Source: a virus
Virus record (IMG/VR): IMGVR_UViG_3300031595_000166
Coordinates: 64,001-128,000 of that record
Length of the DNA: 64,000 nucleotides
Direction: 5' to 3' (one strand)
The translations under genes and the position numbers were made by a program. A model generated the notes under the pieces. That model worked only from the letters and a program-made list of their open reading frames with translations, was not told the DNA's origin and ran no database searches. The stretch's first letter is position 1, and every line of letters begins with the position of its first letter. Below, piece after piece: positions 38,332 through 48,191 of the stretch.

Positions 38332-38553
38332 GCCCTTGGCTCAAGTTTTATCCTACACAAGATACACTGGTGGAATATCGGGGGCGATGTAGGATACGCC
38401 GTTCCGTTTACCCTATCCCAATTTAATTAAATCCTATTGGGGATACAACGTTTAATTAACGGTTAGTTTTAACTATAAGGATGTGCGTAAGTCCTTATCT
38501 AATTTTGGATTATTGATAGATTTCGGAAACTATTTTCAATTAGAATAAATTAA

Positions 38554-38748
38554 TTATATTAATTGAATTGATTCAATATAATCTATATCAATTCTTAATT
38601 CGCTTGGAGTATTAAGATTAATACCAATAGATCTTTCATCTATATTGGGGCGAATGTCTTCTATGGTTCCTCTATGTTGAGAACCGCTAATCATTGTTAT
38701 GAGAACATTCTTATTAATAAAGCTTTTAGCTACTGTTGCGTGTTTCAT
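38554..38748 (-). CDS. Sm/LSm-like small protein
   Basis: FINKNVLITMISG....GTI...IDIDYIESI. Confidence 0.45.
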   Translation of the reverse strand: MKHATVAKSFINKNVLITMISGSQHRGTIEDIRPNIDERSIGINLNTPSELRIDIDYIESIQLI

Positions 38749-38854
38749 AGTATTTTACTTTCTGGTATAATACATTTATATACCTTCTATCATTCCACAA
38801 AATATAAACATCTCAATCTTTTTCACAACACCCACCTAAAACATTTTAATATCT

Positions 38855-39103
38855 CTACGGCTTCCCAAAATCTAATTCACAACACCATACCTCTTCTCGT
38901 GTCCACGGCGAAAATACCCCCTTATCCTCGCACGTCGTATCGAGATTTAGTGCAGTGGGATTAGTGTCTTGTGTGCAGAGCCACTCATCTCGGCAGTCGC
39001 TGTAATTGCCGTTGTGCTGTGTGCAGTATGGAATATCTGCTGTCGCTTGAAAACAAGCTGATAAAAAGAGAGAAGATACAATTAGCATTATTGCGTGTTT
39101 CAT
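38855..39103 (-). CDS. Cys-rich lipoprotein
   Basis: LSAC lipobox. Confidence 0.6.
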   Translation of the reverse strand: MKHAIMLIVSSLFLSACFQATADIPYCTQHNGNYSDCRDEWLCTQDTNPTALNLDTTCEDKGVFSPWTREEVWCCELDFGKP

Positions 39104-39112
39104 TTTTGATTC

Positions 39113-40018
39113 CTATCGTTGATAAACTCTAACATAATCAATCATCATTTCCTTTGGCAGAATGGTTCTACCATCAGGATTGCCAGGCATGTTTCCACCA
39201 ACCGCTACATTTAGCAGGATGTAAAACGGATGGTCATTAAATACCCACGTAGATCCGCGTGGCATATCTTGTGGCGTCTTAGTATGATACAGCATGTTGT
39301 CTACATAGAACCTAACAACATTAGGTTCCCACTCTACTGAATAGATATGGTAAGTATCTGATAGCAAGCTCCTGCGAAGGAGTGGCAACGAAAATGTTCC
39401 AGTCATTGGATGACTGCTATGATAACCTGGCCCATGCATTGAACCGTGATTAGTCTTTGGTTCTCTGCCAATATTTTCCATGATATCGATCTCGCCACAA
39501 TTTGGCCAGCCAACCTCTTGAATGTTAGCTCCAAGCATCCAGAATGCGCTCCAGATACCTTGTGTTTTTGGAATCATAATGCGTGCCTCAACACGACCAT
39601 AGGTAAACTCAAACTTCTTAGCAGTAGTAAGACGAGCGGAAGTATATTGCATTCCCTGATAGTCTTCGCGTTGAGCGCGAATAGCAAGATGTCCATCACC
39701 TGTTAGGTGGGCATTTTCAATGCGGTCAGTGTAGTATTCGAGCTCGTTATTTCCCCAGCCATTGCCACCCGTTGCATGATTCCATTTAGATGGATCAGGA
39801 GGAGTATTAGCTTGCCCGTTGAAGTCATCCGACCATACAAGTTTCCAAGACGGATCTGCAATTTCAAGTTTTCCAGAAGGTGTGAGTAATCCCATTTGAA
39901 TCTCGTTAGTTTTAGTTTTAGTGTTAGTGTTAGTGTTAGTGTTAGTGTTATATTGATATTGCGTTGTTGCAATACAACCAGTTAGTAAGGCGAGTAATAG
40001 TGTTGATATTTTTTTCAT
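39113..40018 (-). CDS. GH16 beta-glucanase lipoprotein
   Basis: LTGC lipobox; LVWSDDF, GWGNNELEYY, YTSARL, WP.CGEIDIME, DYVRVYQ. Confidence 0.95.
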   Translation of the reverse strand: MKKISTLLLALLTGCIATTQYQYNTNTNTNTNTKTKTNEIQMGLLTPSGKLEIADPSWKLVWSDDFNGQANTPPDPSKWNHATGGNGWGNNELEYYTDRIENAHLTGDGHLAIRAQREDYQGMQYTSARLTTAKKFEFTYGRVEARIMIPKTQGIWSAFWMLGANIQEVGWPNCGEIDIMENIGREPKTNHGSMHGPGYHSSHPMTGTFSLPLLRRSLLSDTYHIYSVEWEPNVVRFYVDNMLYHTKTPQDMPRGSTWVFNDHPFYILLNVAVGGNMPGNPDGRTILPKEMMIDYVRVYQR

Positions 40019-41766
40019 CTTAGAATATAATCCGATTTATGATCTTTAGTCCAGCCAGTGAAGCCATTGGTTAAATTATACTCCGGCTTAGCATACCAAG
40101 ATATCCAAAACCACCCCAACGGAATATCACCCTTAGTAATAGAGCGCCAGCAACAAGATACGAATCGCCTGATACGATACAAAATAGCGATTCGCTGAGC
40201 GCGTGATGCAATCAACGTACGGGTTGGATAAAATTTAACATTGCACCCATTTAGAAAAATGTCTTCACACACTCCAACGAATGTTGTCATACTATAAAAC
40301 ACAAACATAAATACATGTGTAATAGGAATAAAAATCGCTGTAAGAAAAAGATGTGTAAATTGTTCTTTTTTCTCTTCAAAAAACCATACCATGAAAAGAT
40401 ACAAAAATTGCATAGTATATGTAATCATATAGATGAACATCAATCCGTCGAGAACAGACTTGTCATGCCATGCCAAGAATGGCAGCAACATATAGAACAC
40501 AACGGCGTGAAACGACCAGTAAACACATCGTAAATAATCACCATAAAAGGGAATGGCAATACTCCAATAAAACAAAAACCCCTTGAAGAAACGACCGCTT
40601 GTTTCAACGCGGCACGCCATCCAACGTTTTCGTTGCGAGAACAAAGATTTTAGTGTTGGCGGTGTAAACGTATATACTTTAGCTGATTGCTCAAAACCTT
40701 GAATACGTTCAATAAACGAATCAAAAATAAATCTAACAAAAGAATGCAACGGAGTAGGAGGAGGATCCCAAGACAGTTTACCATTTTTACCCCAATGAGA
40801 CATTGCAACAAAAACAGCCAAAGAACTGTCATCTGTATTTCCGCAAAGGGCCTGCGGAATTTCTTCACCATCATATTCTGAAAACTTCGGCAAACTTTTT
40901 CCGAACCACCACTTAATATAGTCGCTATACTTGATAGTTTCAAGCCACCCCATAAACTTAGGAGCAGTGATAATCATATCTGACCACGATACGTAAAGTT
41001 GTCCTAGTAGGATTGGCATAGGAAGTATGTTGATATTTTCTTGCATTGCGCTAAAACTAAAGAAGTTTCGTGCAACGAAAAGATAATTTTGACCAGCAAT
41101 AGTAAAAAATGAACGCCAGCCCTTCCACATATCGCCTTTATTTATACAAACTTGACCACAAACGACTTTTCTATAATTACCAGTTAGCCAATGTTTGGTC
41201 ATTAATTTTTCAACTAACTTTTGAAGAGAACCATTAGAAACAGTTTCATCAGCGTCAACACTAAAATAGACCACAGGCATAGACGACAGTTTACCGCTTT
41301 TGATGAGATTTTTCATATAATTAATGGCAGCATACACCGCTACTAATTTTCCCTGTCTTACCTCATTGTAAGAAGTATGCAAGTGAATATTTTTAGAATA
41401 GTTGCAAGAATTAACCCAATTCACGAGTTTTTGATATACGGTGGGATTTTCCGAACGACCATCAGCAGATGCAATAATATGCAGTTCACCCGGATAATTA
41501 TTAGTAGCACAGCTATCAACTGCCCTAATAATTTCCTTTAGATCGTATTCGTCTCGAAGAAGAGATGGAACAATAACCATACCCGATGGAAAATTATTCC
41601 GATCTACATCGGATGTAAATGGAAATACTTTATTAAAGAGTTTTTTAAAAGGATACACTACGTATATAAATTGTGTGTAAAATAATCCAATTAAAAACGC
41701 ACTAATAATAATCCACCCAAGATTAAATCCATTACCACTGAGTAGTCTTACCGCTGCATTAATCAT
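40015..41766 (-). CDS. processive GT2 polysaccharide synthase-like membrane protein
   Basis: D, DAD, TDD and QRKRW motifs; N- and C-terminal TM helices. Confidence 0.8.
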   Translation of the reverse strand: MINAAVRLLSGNGFNLGWIIISAFLIGLFYTQFIYVVYPFKKLFNKVFPFTSDVDRNNFPSGMVIVPSLLRDEYDLKEIIRAVDSCATNNYPGELHIIASADGRSENPTVYQKLVNWVNSCNYSKNIHLHTSYNEVRQGKLVAVYAAINYMKNLIKSGKLSSMPVVYFSVDADETVSNGSLQKLVEKLMTKHWLTGNYRKVVCGQVCINKGDMWKGWRSFFTIAGQNYLFVARNFFSFSAMQENINILPMPILLGQLYVSWSDMIITAPKFMGWLETIKYSDYIKWWFGKSLPKFSEYDGEEIPQALCGNTDDSSLAVFVAMSHWGKNGKLSWDPPPTPLHSFVRFIFDSFIERIQGFEQSAKVYTFTPPTLKSLFSQRKRWMACRVETSGRFFKGFLFYWSIAIPFYGDYLRCVYWSFHAVVFYMLLPFLAWHDKSVLDGLMFIYMITYTMQFLYLFMVWFFEEKKEQFTHLFLTAIFIPITHVFMFVFYSMTTFVGVCEDIFLNGCNVKFYPTRTLIASRAQRIAILYRIRRFVSCCWRSITKGDIPLGWFWISWYAKPEYNLTNGFTGWTKDHKSDYILR

Positions 41767-41795
41767 TTTTCAATCCCTCACGGTTAATAATTAAC

Positions 41796-42881
41796 TTATG
41801 GACGAAGACGTAAAATCTTTGATCGCATAGCTTCTGACTTCACATCCAATGTGATATATCTACCACGTGATTGACTACTAGACATTGGATCAATCAACAC
41901 AGTCTCGCCAACAATAATGTCTTTAACCGTGCCTACGTTTTTACAAGCGAACAAGCCCCAGATACAATCATATACTGGTGTTCCCGTAGAAGCATTATCT
42001 GCTTGCTCGTAAGGAAGAAATGCAACATTCACGTTGCTATTAATAGCTGAAAATACCGGGCGCGACATTACTTGCTTTTCCAACACCGCAATATCAGCCA
42101 ATTCAGATTGAACACGTTCCTTTTCAGCCAGTCCAGTCTTCATCAAACCATCAATTTGCAATCGTTGAATCTCGATTCTACCCATAAGATCGGCAGCCGT
42201 TAGAATAGCTGGCATTGGCATACTATTATTGCCATTCTTATTACCAGTCAACGACTGCAATCCCAACGTAGCCTGACTAAGCAAAACATCAGTCTGAATC
42301 TTGACATGATCGTTGGAGAACAATGCGATCTGAATGTTATCCAACGCTTGTTGTTGCAATTGATACTCTGGCAACTTTAGAATACCAGCCTCATAATTCC
42401 TCTTGGCTTCCGCAGTCAATGCAGTCTGACGCCCTAGCATCACTTGCAATGCTTTCTTTTGCTCAGCAAGGGTAGCAATATCGGTTCCACCAATCGCAAC
42501 CTGTTGATTAGTAGTAGTATCAGTGAATGCCAACGCATGTTCGCCAAGCTCCTTTAGCTTATCCAGTTTAATTAGTGCTAGCTCGCCATCTTCCAACTGA
42601 GCCTCAATACTCTTTTGCTCGGACAACGCACGACCCTTTTCAAGTTTCACCTCTGCCATTTTCAATGCAGACTGAACAACCATATCATTGTCTGGCCCAA
42701 GTATGAATGGTGCACAAAACCCATCCGTGGCAATATAATAACCTTCACGCGAAGCATATCCGCATGATCCAACAAGACTGGCGAGGGCTACAAAAGAAAA
42801 TACCCTAGTTTTCCAGTGCTTGATCTTTGGCTGAACGTTAGTTGCTTCCATTGTCGTTTCATTTCCCATTGTAGTATCCAT
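41796..42881 (-). CDS. membrane-fusion/periplasmic adaptor-like protein
   Basis: N-terminal TM, long coiled coil, beta-rich C-terminus; operon context. Confidence 0.5.
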   Translation of the reverse strand: MDTTMGNETTMEATNVQPKIKHWKTRVFSFVALASLVGSCGYASREGYYIATDGFCAPFILGPDNDMVVQSALKMAEVKLEKGRALSEQKSIEAQLEDGELALIKLDKLKELGEHALAFTDTTTNQQVAIGGTDIATLAEQKKALQVMLGRQTALTAEAKRNYEAGILKLPEYQLQQQALDNIQIALFSNDHVKIQTDVLLSQATLGLQSLTGNKNGNNSMPMPAILTAADLMGRIEIQRLQIDGLMKTGLAEKERVQSELADIAVLEKQVMSRPVFSAINSNVNVAFLPYEQADNASTGTPVYDCIWGLFACKNVGTVKDIIVGETVLIDPMSSSQSRGRYITLDVKSEAMRSKILRLRP

Positions 42882-42883
42882 GA

Positions 42884-43996
42884 TTATTTTCCTTCTCCAT
42901 AAAACTTGTTGAGTTCAGTTAGCATACCGACAATCAATTCCTTATTGCTTTCCGCATCCATGATCTGAAGTTGAATCAATGCATCTGAATTCAATGCAGT
43001 CGGAGCATCCAAGTGAGCCTGCAAACTATTATGTGTTGTAGTCAACTGAGCAATCTGTGTTTCAGTCAATGTCAACTGACGTTTGAGATCATTCATATTA
43101 GCAACAATGCTATCACGGAACCTTGTCAACTGACCAGTCAATTCATAACGAGCATTCCTAAGCTCTCGACTACGAACATCAAGGTATTGGTTCTCATTAT
43201 GAATCAATGGAATACCACCGAAGTTATACGAGACGCTAACATAACCAGCCCAAGTCCAAGTATCACTTGTTCCAGCCATTGGGGGAATGCCACCAATCTC
43301 AATATTAGTTTTCCATGCATCGAACCTATGAAGGTTGCTTGCGCGACGTTCAAACTCCATACTGCTATTCTGAACGTGAGACATCAATTCTTCAAACGAG
43401 TTTTGCTTGGCAACATATTGCTTCGCATGCAATACATCCAACTGACCTTGTGCCTGCAATCGCTTCAGCTCCAATGAAGTAGCCAATTGTTGTAGCATAG
43501 TAATATCAGTAATGGTAGCAACACCAGCGGTCAATCGCTTATTAGCTTGCGACAAAAGATCATTAGCATGATCCTTATGCTCATTGAGATATGTCAATGT
43601 ATTATTGTAGGCAGTTTCCTTGCCAACATCGTTAAGATATTCAAGCGCTTGTTGCGCCTGAACCATTGCAACTTGCTGATTGCAATTAGCATCAGCTAGC
43701 TTACGAACAAGAGTAGATCTGAATGCATCCAATGGAGACCAAGAAAGAGAAGCTCTTGCCTGATATCCATTTTTTGAGATAGACCCGCCAATCGATGCAA
43801 TACCAGAACTGCTGGGATAGTGAATACCCTCAACAACAATAGCAGGAAACAATAGCAACGATGCATCACCAGCCCCACGAGCCCTAATAGCTTCACAATC
43901 TTTTGATTGCGTTGCAGTTTGAGCCATGACAGAACTTGCCATCAACACACTTGCCAATCCGATTCCTAACGAACTAAATACCTTCTTCATTTGCAC
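42884..43996 (-). CDS. TolC-like outer membrane efflux-like protein
   Basis: Signal peptide; duplicated helical halves with ASLSWSPL and VSVSYNF strands; RL.AG.AT..D motif. Confidence 0.5.
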   Translation of the reverse strand: MQMKKVFSSLGIGLASVLMASSVMAQTATQSKDCEAIRARGAGDASLLLFPAIVVEGIHYPSSSGIASIGGSISKNGYQARASLSWSPLDAFRSTLVRKLADANCNQQVAMVQAQQALEYLNDVGKETAYNNTLTYLNEHKDHANDLLSQANKRLTAGVATITDITMLQQLATSLELKRLQAQGQLDVLHAKQYVAKQNSFEELMSHVQNSSMEFERRASNLHRFDAWKTNIEIGGIPPMAGTSDTWTWAGYVSVSYNFGGIPLIHNENQYLDVRSRELRNARYELTGQLTRFRDSIVANMNDLKRQLTLTETQIAQLTTTHNSLQAHLDAPTALNSDALIQLQIMDAESNKELIVGMLTELNKFYGEGK

Positions 43997-44337
43997 AAAC
44001 CTTCCGCAATGTTAGTATTACCTTCAACCACAATACACCCAAGATTACAAGGGAAACCAAGGTCAGTATGCTCATCACACCAACCATTACTTGCACGAAC
44101 TTCACCATCAGGGATATCAAAATACGATATACCGATTCCACTATCCCCACCGCCACCACAATTCACTACATAGGTGCCAGCATCAGTCTCGCAAGTGATA
44201 GTCGTGCCAGTGAAGCCAGCATCGACACTCGCCTCACCGTGCCCGCCATCCGTCGCATTGACCCCTGCAACGGTCGTCAAGCAACCAGCAGACTGCACAC
44301 CAATGGCAGTCGCAAACATCATAATCAATCGATTCAT
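43987..44337 (-). CDS. Cys-rich putative lipoprotein
   Basis: SAGC lipobox; DAG motifs. Confidence 0.55.
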   Translation of the reverse strand: MNRLIMMFATAIGVQSAGCLTTVAGVNATDGGHGEASVDAGFTGTTITCETDAGTYVVNCGGGGDSGIGISYFDIPDGEVRASNGWCDEHTDLGFPCNLGCIVVEGNTNIAEGLCK

Positions 44338-44601
44338 TGTGAATTATTCTCCGTTTTCAACCGAATACACTTCAACATTAGCCATCTCACCACGGCTAAC
44401 AACAAGGTCAAACTCAACACGAGTTCCACGACCAAGATTCAATTCCCTAACCCTATCAGTCGCTCGCATAACAATGCGTTCGGCATAAGAGCCTTTTGAT
44501 GGAACCGGACTCACAACAAAATGTGAGCCAACCATGTCTGCAACAATGTGATGATCGTAGGTATTCATTTGATTTTCCTCACCCGTTTTTCAGGTACCGA
44601 C

Positions 44602-44630
44602 ATTATAAGCACCCTGACTTCCCGCGTCAA
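44602..44630 (-). promoter_or_regulatory. sigma70-type promoter
   Basis: TTGACG-17-TATAAT upstream of the polysaccharide operon. Confidence 0.8.
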
Positions 44631-44655
44631 GGGGGCACGCTGCTTTTTCAGGTAG

Positions 44656-44727
44656 CTCTGGATGTAGGACTTGAACCTACGACCCGACGGTTAACAGCCG
44701 TCTGCTCTACCACTGAGCTAATCCAGA
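44656..44727 (-). tRNA. tRNA-Asn(GUU)
   Basis: TCTGGAT acceptor, GACGG-CT-GTT-AA-CCGTC anticodon arm, GTTCAAGT T-loop, G73. Confidence 0.95.
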
Positions 44728-44742
44728 ATAATTTTCAGTGTG

Positions 44743-44814
44743 AGTAGGAGGTGAGGATTGAACTCACGCATGAGACTTTTGCAGAGTCTTGCCTTTCCAC
44801 TTGGCTACACCTAC
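44743..44814 (-). tRNA. tRNA-Cys(GCA)
   Basis: AGACT-CT-GCA-AA-AGTCT anticodon arm, U73 discriminator. Confidence 0.9.
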
Positions 44815-45056
44815 AATCTAACTAAATCTCTAAGGACTCTAAACCTTTTTCAAGCCTAAAATCTCTAAGCTTTTTAGCCAACAATTTGATTGCCTTTTGT
44901 TCTTTCTCAGAAAGATTGAATGCAACATAATGCACACAATGCCTATTGTATTCAATAATCTCTCTTGAAAGATCTTCAATCAATTTGCTGGCGTTTTCAA
45001 TACGCCGTGCTTTCATTTGATAGTCTATCATTGTTTCCTTCCCTCGAAGCCCCGAA

Positions 45057-45085
45057 AATATAAGCACTCCAACGCCACGTGTCAA
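45057..45085 (-). promoter_or_regulatory. sigma70-type promoter
   Basis: TTGACA-17-TATATT. Confidence 0.8.
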
Positions 45086-45116
45086 GAGGCTCAGCCGTTG
45101 CCTACACCAACCTACA

Positions 45117-45329
45117 TTACTTCAATAGCATCAACATATCTATATACTCTTCATCCAATCGTTTTGGACTATTCAATGTAATCCTACTATTCTTATCCGA
45201 GTAATTTGCTTGTATATAGATACGAACCTCAGTATCCCAATATACGAACACAAGATACTTACCAACAGTATGACTGCATGAAGCATAATCATATAGACAG
45301 TAATCACAAACTGGACAAGTATAGCTCAT
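45117..45329 (-). CDS. CPxC cassette protein, tagged (EYIDM subtype)
   Basis: CPVC...PKRLDEEYIDMLMLLK. Confidence 0.85.
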   Translation of the reverse strand: MSYTCPVCDYCLYDYASCSHTVGKYLVFVYWDTEVRIYIQANYSDKNSRITLNSPKRLDEEYIDMLMLLK

Positions 45330-45556
45330 TTCAATAACAATAACCCTTCAATACGCTCCTCATTCAGCAACGTTAATTTTTTAATACTCAGTAGTAATGG
45401 TGAGAGACGTTCTCTTGGATATATGTCAATCAATTCATTGGGAGAATCTACACCATAATAACCCACGCCATAATACACATCGTATTTACCATATCTATGA
45501 AAACAACACGATGACGATGACAGATACATATGACAATCTGGGCAAGTATAATTCAT
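45326..45556 (-). CDS. CPxC cassette protein, tagged
   Basis: CPDC...LNEERIEGLLLLK. Confidence 0.85.
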   Translation of the reverse strand: MNYTCPDCHMYLSSSSCCFHRYGKYDVYYGVGYYGVDSPNELIDIYPRERLSPLLLSIKKLTLLNEERIEGLLLLK

Positions 45557-45918
45557 TTCAATAACAATACCATATCAATATACTCTTCACTCAATCTCTT
45601 TGGAGACTTCAATGTTAGTAAAAAACCATTCGTGTCTCCGGCTTTATTAGCTCTATACACATTAACATAACCACCAATAAGAACAAACACAACATACTTA
45701 TTGAGGGTGTGTCTACATCTAACATTTGTCATATCTCTTGAATCAAAAAACTAACTAATCTTGAATAGGATCTTGCTCCAATTATTGATATAACATTTGA
45801 CTGACATATCACTGTATATAAGAACACCATATTTACCTATGCTATGATGACAATATAATACGCTTGGATCAGTATAAGATTCCTTATACATAATGAGATT
45901 ACAGTTAGGACATTTCAT
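45553..45918 (-). pseudogene. two partial CPxC cassettes joined across an in-frame TAG
   Basis: MKCPNC...ILFKIS-TAG(45751-45753)-FFDSRD...PKRLSEEYIDMVLLLK. Confidence 0.65.
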
Positions 45919-46157
45919 TTCAATAACAGCATCATATCAATATACTCTTCATCCAAGCGCTTTGGAGATTTCAATCTCAAAATACGACTGGACCTTATTG
46001 TTATTGGGTATAAATATACTCCAACTGCACCGTCGGAAAATGTTATGATATAGTATTTACCAATATCATGTTCACACAGAACATCACACAGAACATCAAA
46101 CTGGTCTTCATCAAAAAAACTTGTATTCTTATCACAGACCGGACAGGTATAACTCAT
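45915..46157 (-). CDS. CPxC cassette protein, tagged (EYIDM subtype)
   Basis: CPVC...PKRLDEEYIDMMLLLK. Confidence 0.85.
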   Translation of the reverse strand: MSYTCPVCDKNTSFFDEDQFDVLCDVLCEHDIGKYYIITFSDGAVGVYLYPITIRSSRILRLKSPKRLDEEYIDMMLLLK

Positions 46158-46369
46158 TTTAGCAACAGCATCTTATCGATATAATCTTCACTCAATGTCT
46201 TTGGACTATTGAGTGTTAGTATTCGCATTGGGGATGGATCGGTAGTTTTATTATTCCAAACATTCACACTTCCGGTATCATAAATATGGACTGAGTATCT
46301 ACCAATCAGATGATGATGGTATCTTGGCAAGGGCGAGCTATTATTACAGACGGGGCAGATATAACTCAT
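46154..46369 (-). CDS. CPxC cassette protein, tagged (EYIDM subtype)
   Basis: CPVC...LSEDYIDKMLLLK. Confidence 0.85.
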   Translation of the reverse strand: MSYICPVCNNSSPLPRYHHHLIGRYSVHIYDTGSVNVWNNKTTDPSPMRILTLNSPKTLSEDYIDKMLLLK

Positions 46370-46560
46370 TTTAGCAACAGCATCATATCAATATACTTTT
46401 CACTCAATCTTTTTGGAAAAGACAGGTTCAACAAGCATCTTTCTCCATCGTAGATGTAAGCCTCGCCATCAAAATGAATATAAGCAGTATATAAACCAAC
46501 GGTATGTTCATGCAGTAGCATCGTTATAATATAATTACAGACGGGACAAGTATAATTCAT
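46366..46560 (-). CDS. CPxC cassette protein, tagged (EYIDM subtype)
   Basis: CPVC...LSEKYIDMMLLLK. Confidence 0.85.
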   Translation of the reverse strand: MNYTCPVCNYIITMLLHEHTVGLYTAYIHFDGEAYIYDGERCLLNLSFPKRLSEKYIDMMLLLK

Positions 46561-46763
46561 TTTAGTAGCAATATCATATCAATATATGTTTCATCTAAAC
46601 GTTTTGGACGTTCTAGTCTAACAACAAACTTCCCAGTATACCAGATAGAAATCAGACCGTCGTTATACACATAAGCAGTATATTTACCCAGCCTATGCGT
46701 ACATGTCTTTTCAATGTATTTTGATTGAAAATCTTCATTGCAGACGGGACAGATATAATTCAT
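46557..46763 (-). CDS. CPxC cassette protein, tagged (EYIDM subtype)
   Basis: CPVC...LDETYIDMILLLK. Confidence 0.85.
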   Translation of the reverse strand: MNYICPVCNEDFQSKYIEKTCTHRLGKYTAYVYNDGLISIWYTGKFVVRLERPKRLDETYIDMILLLK

Positions 46764-46796
46764 TTCAATACCAATAATAATCCAGCATAATCATAT

Positions 46797-47972
46797 ATGC
46801 ATTACGGTGATTTATACATTCAAGCAAAACTCTTTTACAAGATGGCAGAGGAAACTCTCGACATTCTTCCGGGGAACTTGTATAAATTCGTTATGTACAA
46901 AACACAAGGGAAAATTACACCGGAAGTAGCAGATAATTTCGTCGTTGCAAACAAGACAACATTGTCTAAACTTAAGTTCGTTGATTGGAGTGGTAATTTC
47001 GAAAAGAATGGTAGTAAATTATTTGGTGAAGATGGAGATGGAGAACGATATATGATCTCAACTGAATCTACACCGCCGAAGAACTCACATGTCAAACAAT
47101 CATATATACTGCAAGGGAAACATCCAATACCAACACTTTATGTATTCAGATATGAGCGTGGTAGCGATGTAGAGTTTCCAAAAGAACTCGGACATTACTT
47201 GTTTCTAATGCCAGCGTTATGCGATATGTTCGATGTTGCGTATCCATATTACTTTCAAGATCCAGATCATATGAATGACTTTGTCAAGTTCGTTCAAGAA
47301 AATAAGGCTAAGATTGATTCCATTCGATCTCGATTCCAACACGAGCCAAAACCATTAGGAAGCGGATCAGATGGCTTTGTTTTTGCGATTGGCAAGGATA
47401 GGATATTGAAGATATTCAAACAGCAATTCTCATATCAAGCGGCAAAAGAATCTGCAAACCGAATATGGAAACAACACGGCATAGCAGGAACCGAAGCATA
47501 CATTGATGACATTGGTCAGATTGGAAACTTCGGAGAACACCCGGTATATTATTATATACAAGAACGAATGGAAACCGTGTTCAATTTCTTGAAGAATGAT
47601 GTTGACTTCAATGGAAATAGAAGAGACAGAAAAATGTCTCAAATAACAGACTTCATGAAAGATATAGCAAAAACTATTAAGAACGATCCAAACTATCCTG
47701 CTATATACAGGAACAAAAACAATCCAAGAATTGGTAATGCGATCAGGTCATTAGCGGAGAGAGTGTATAATCGAATTGTCTATTTTGTAAACGAAGAGAT
47801 TACTGATGATTTCGCTGGTAAATTACAACCTGATTGGATGCTAAAACTAATTGAAGAGATGGCTGGAAAACTAATCACGGACAGAATGGATTTGCGATCA
47901 TATAATGTTGGGATTACAGGGAACGGTTATTTGAGATTCTTTGATCCTGCATTTGATCCAAAAGAATTATAG
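46797..47972 (+). CDS. atypical protein-kinase-like protein, paralog of 12355..13566
   Basis: LGSGSDG, RILKIF, TEAYIDD, YY.QERM, DLRSYNVG, FFDPAF. Confidence 0.75.
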   Translation: MHYGDLYIQAKLFYKMAEETLDILPGNLYKFVMYKTQGKITPEVADNFVVANKTTLSKLKFVDWSGNFEKNGSKLFGEDGDGERYMISTESTPPKNSHVKQSYILQGKHPIPTLYVFRYERGSDVEFPKELGHYLFLMPALCDMFDVAYPYYFQDPDHMNDFVKFVQENKAKIDSIRSRFQHEPKPLGSGSDGFVFAIGKDRILKIFKQQFSYQAAKESANRIWKQHGIAGTEAYIDDIGQIGNFGEHPVYYYIQERMETVFNFLKNDVDFNGNRRDRKMSQITDFMKDIAKTIKNDPNYPAIYRNKNNPRIGNAIRSLAERVYNRIVYFVNEEITDDFAGKLQPDWMLKLIEEMAGKLITDRMDLRSYNVGITGNGYLRFFDPAFDPKEL

Positions 47973-48191
47973 TAGCAACAGCATCTTTTCAATATACTCT
48001 ATGTTCAGTTTATCGTATGATAATACTTCAAAAATGAACTGATGACCATAATACACGCGCGACACACCATCATCATAAACAACAACAACATATGGACTAA
48101 TGTTATGCTGGTTCGTACAAAACTTTCTATCTGGACGCTGATTTGATATAATCATATCGTCTGCATTACAGACCGGACATCTTTTACTCAT
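47967..48191 (-). CDS. CPxC cassette protein, tagged
   Basis: CPVC...LNIEYIEKMLLLL. Confidence 0.85.
   Translation of the reverse strand: MSKRCPVCNADDMIISNQRPDRKFCTNQHNISPYVVVVYDDGVSRVYYGHQFIFEVLSYDKLNIEYIEKMLLLL

Noticed and set aside
39908-39950. TAGTGT hexamer repeat as a phase-variation switch in GH16
   Set aside because: The unit length is a multiple of three, so slippage only changes the linker length after the lipobox.
45751-45753. Genome-wide TAG stop-codon reassignment
   Set aside because: Long enzymes are uninterrupted in the standard code and TAG terminates genes exactly after the tag (21851, 49242, 60344); the single in-frame TAG is better explained as a deletion scar.
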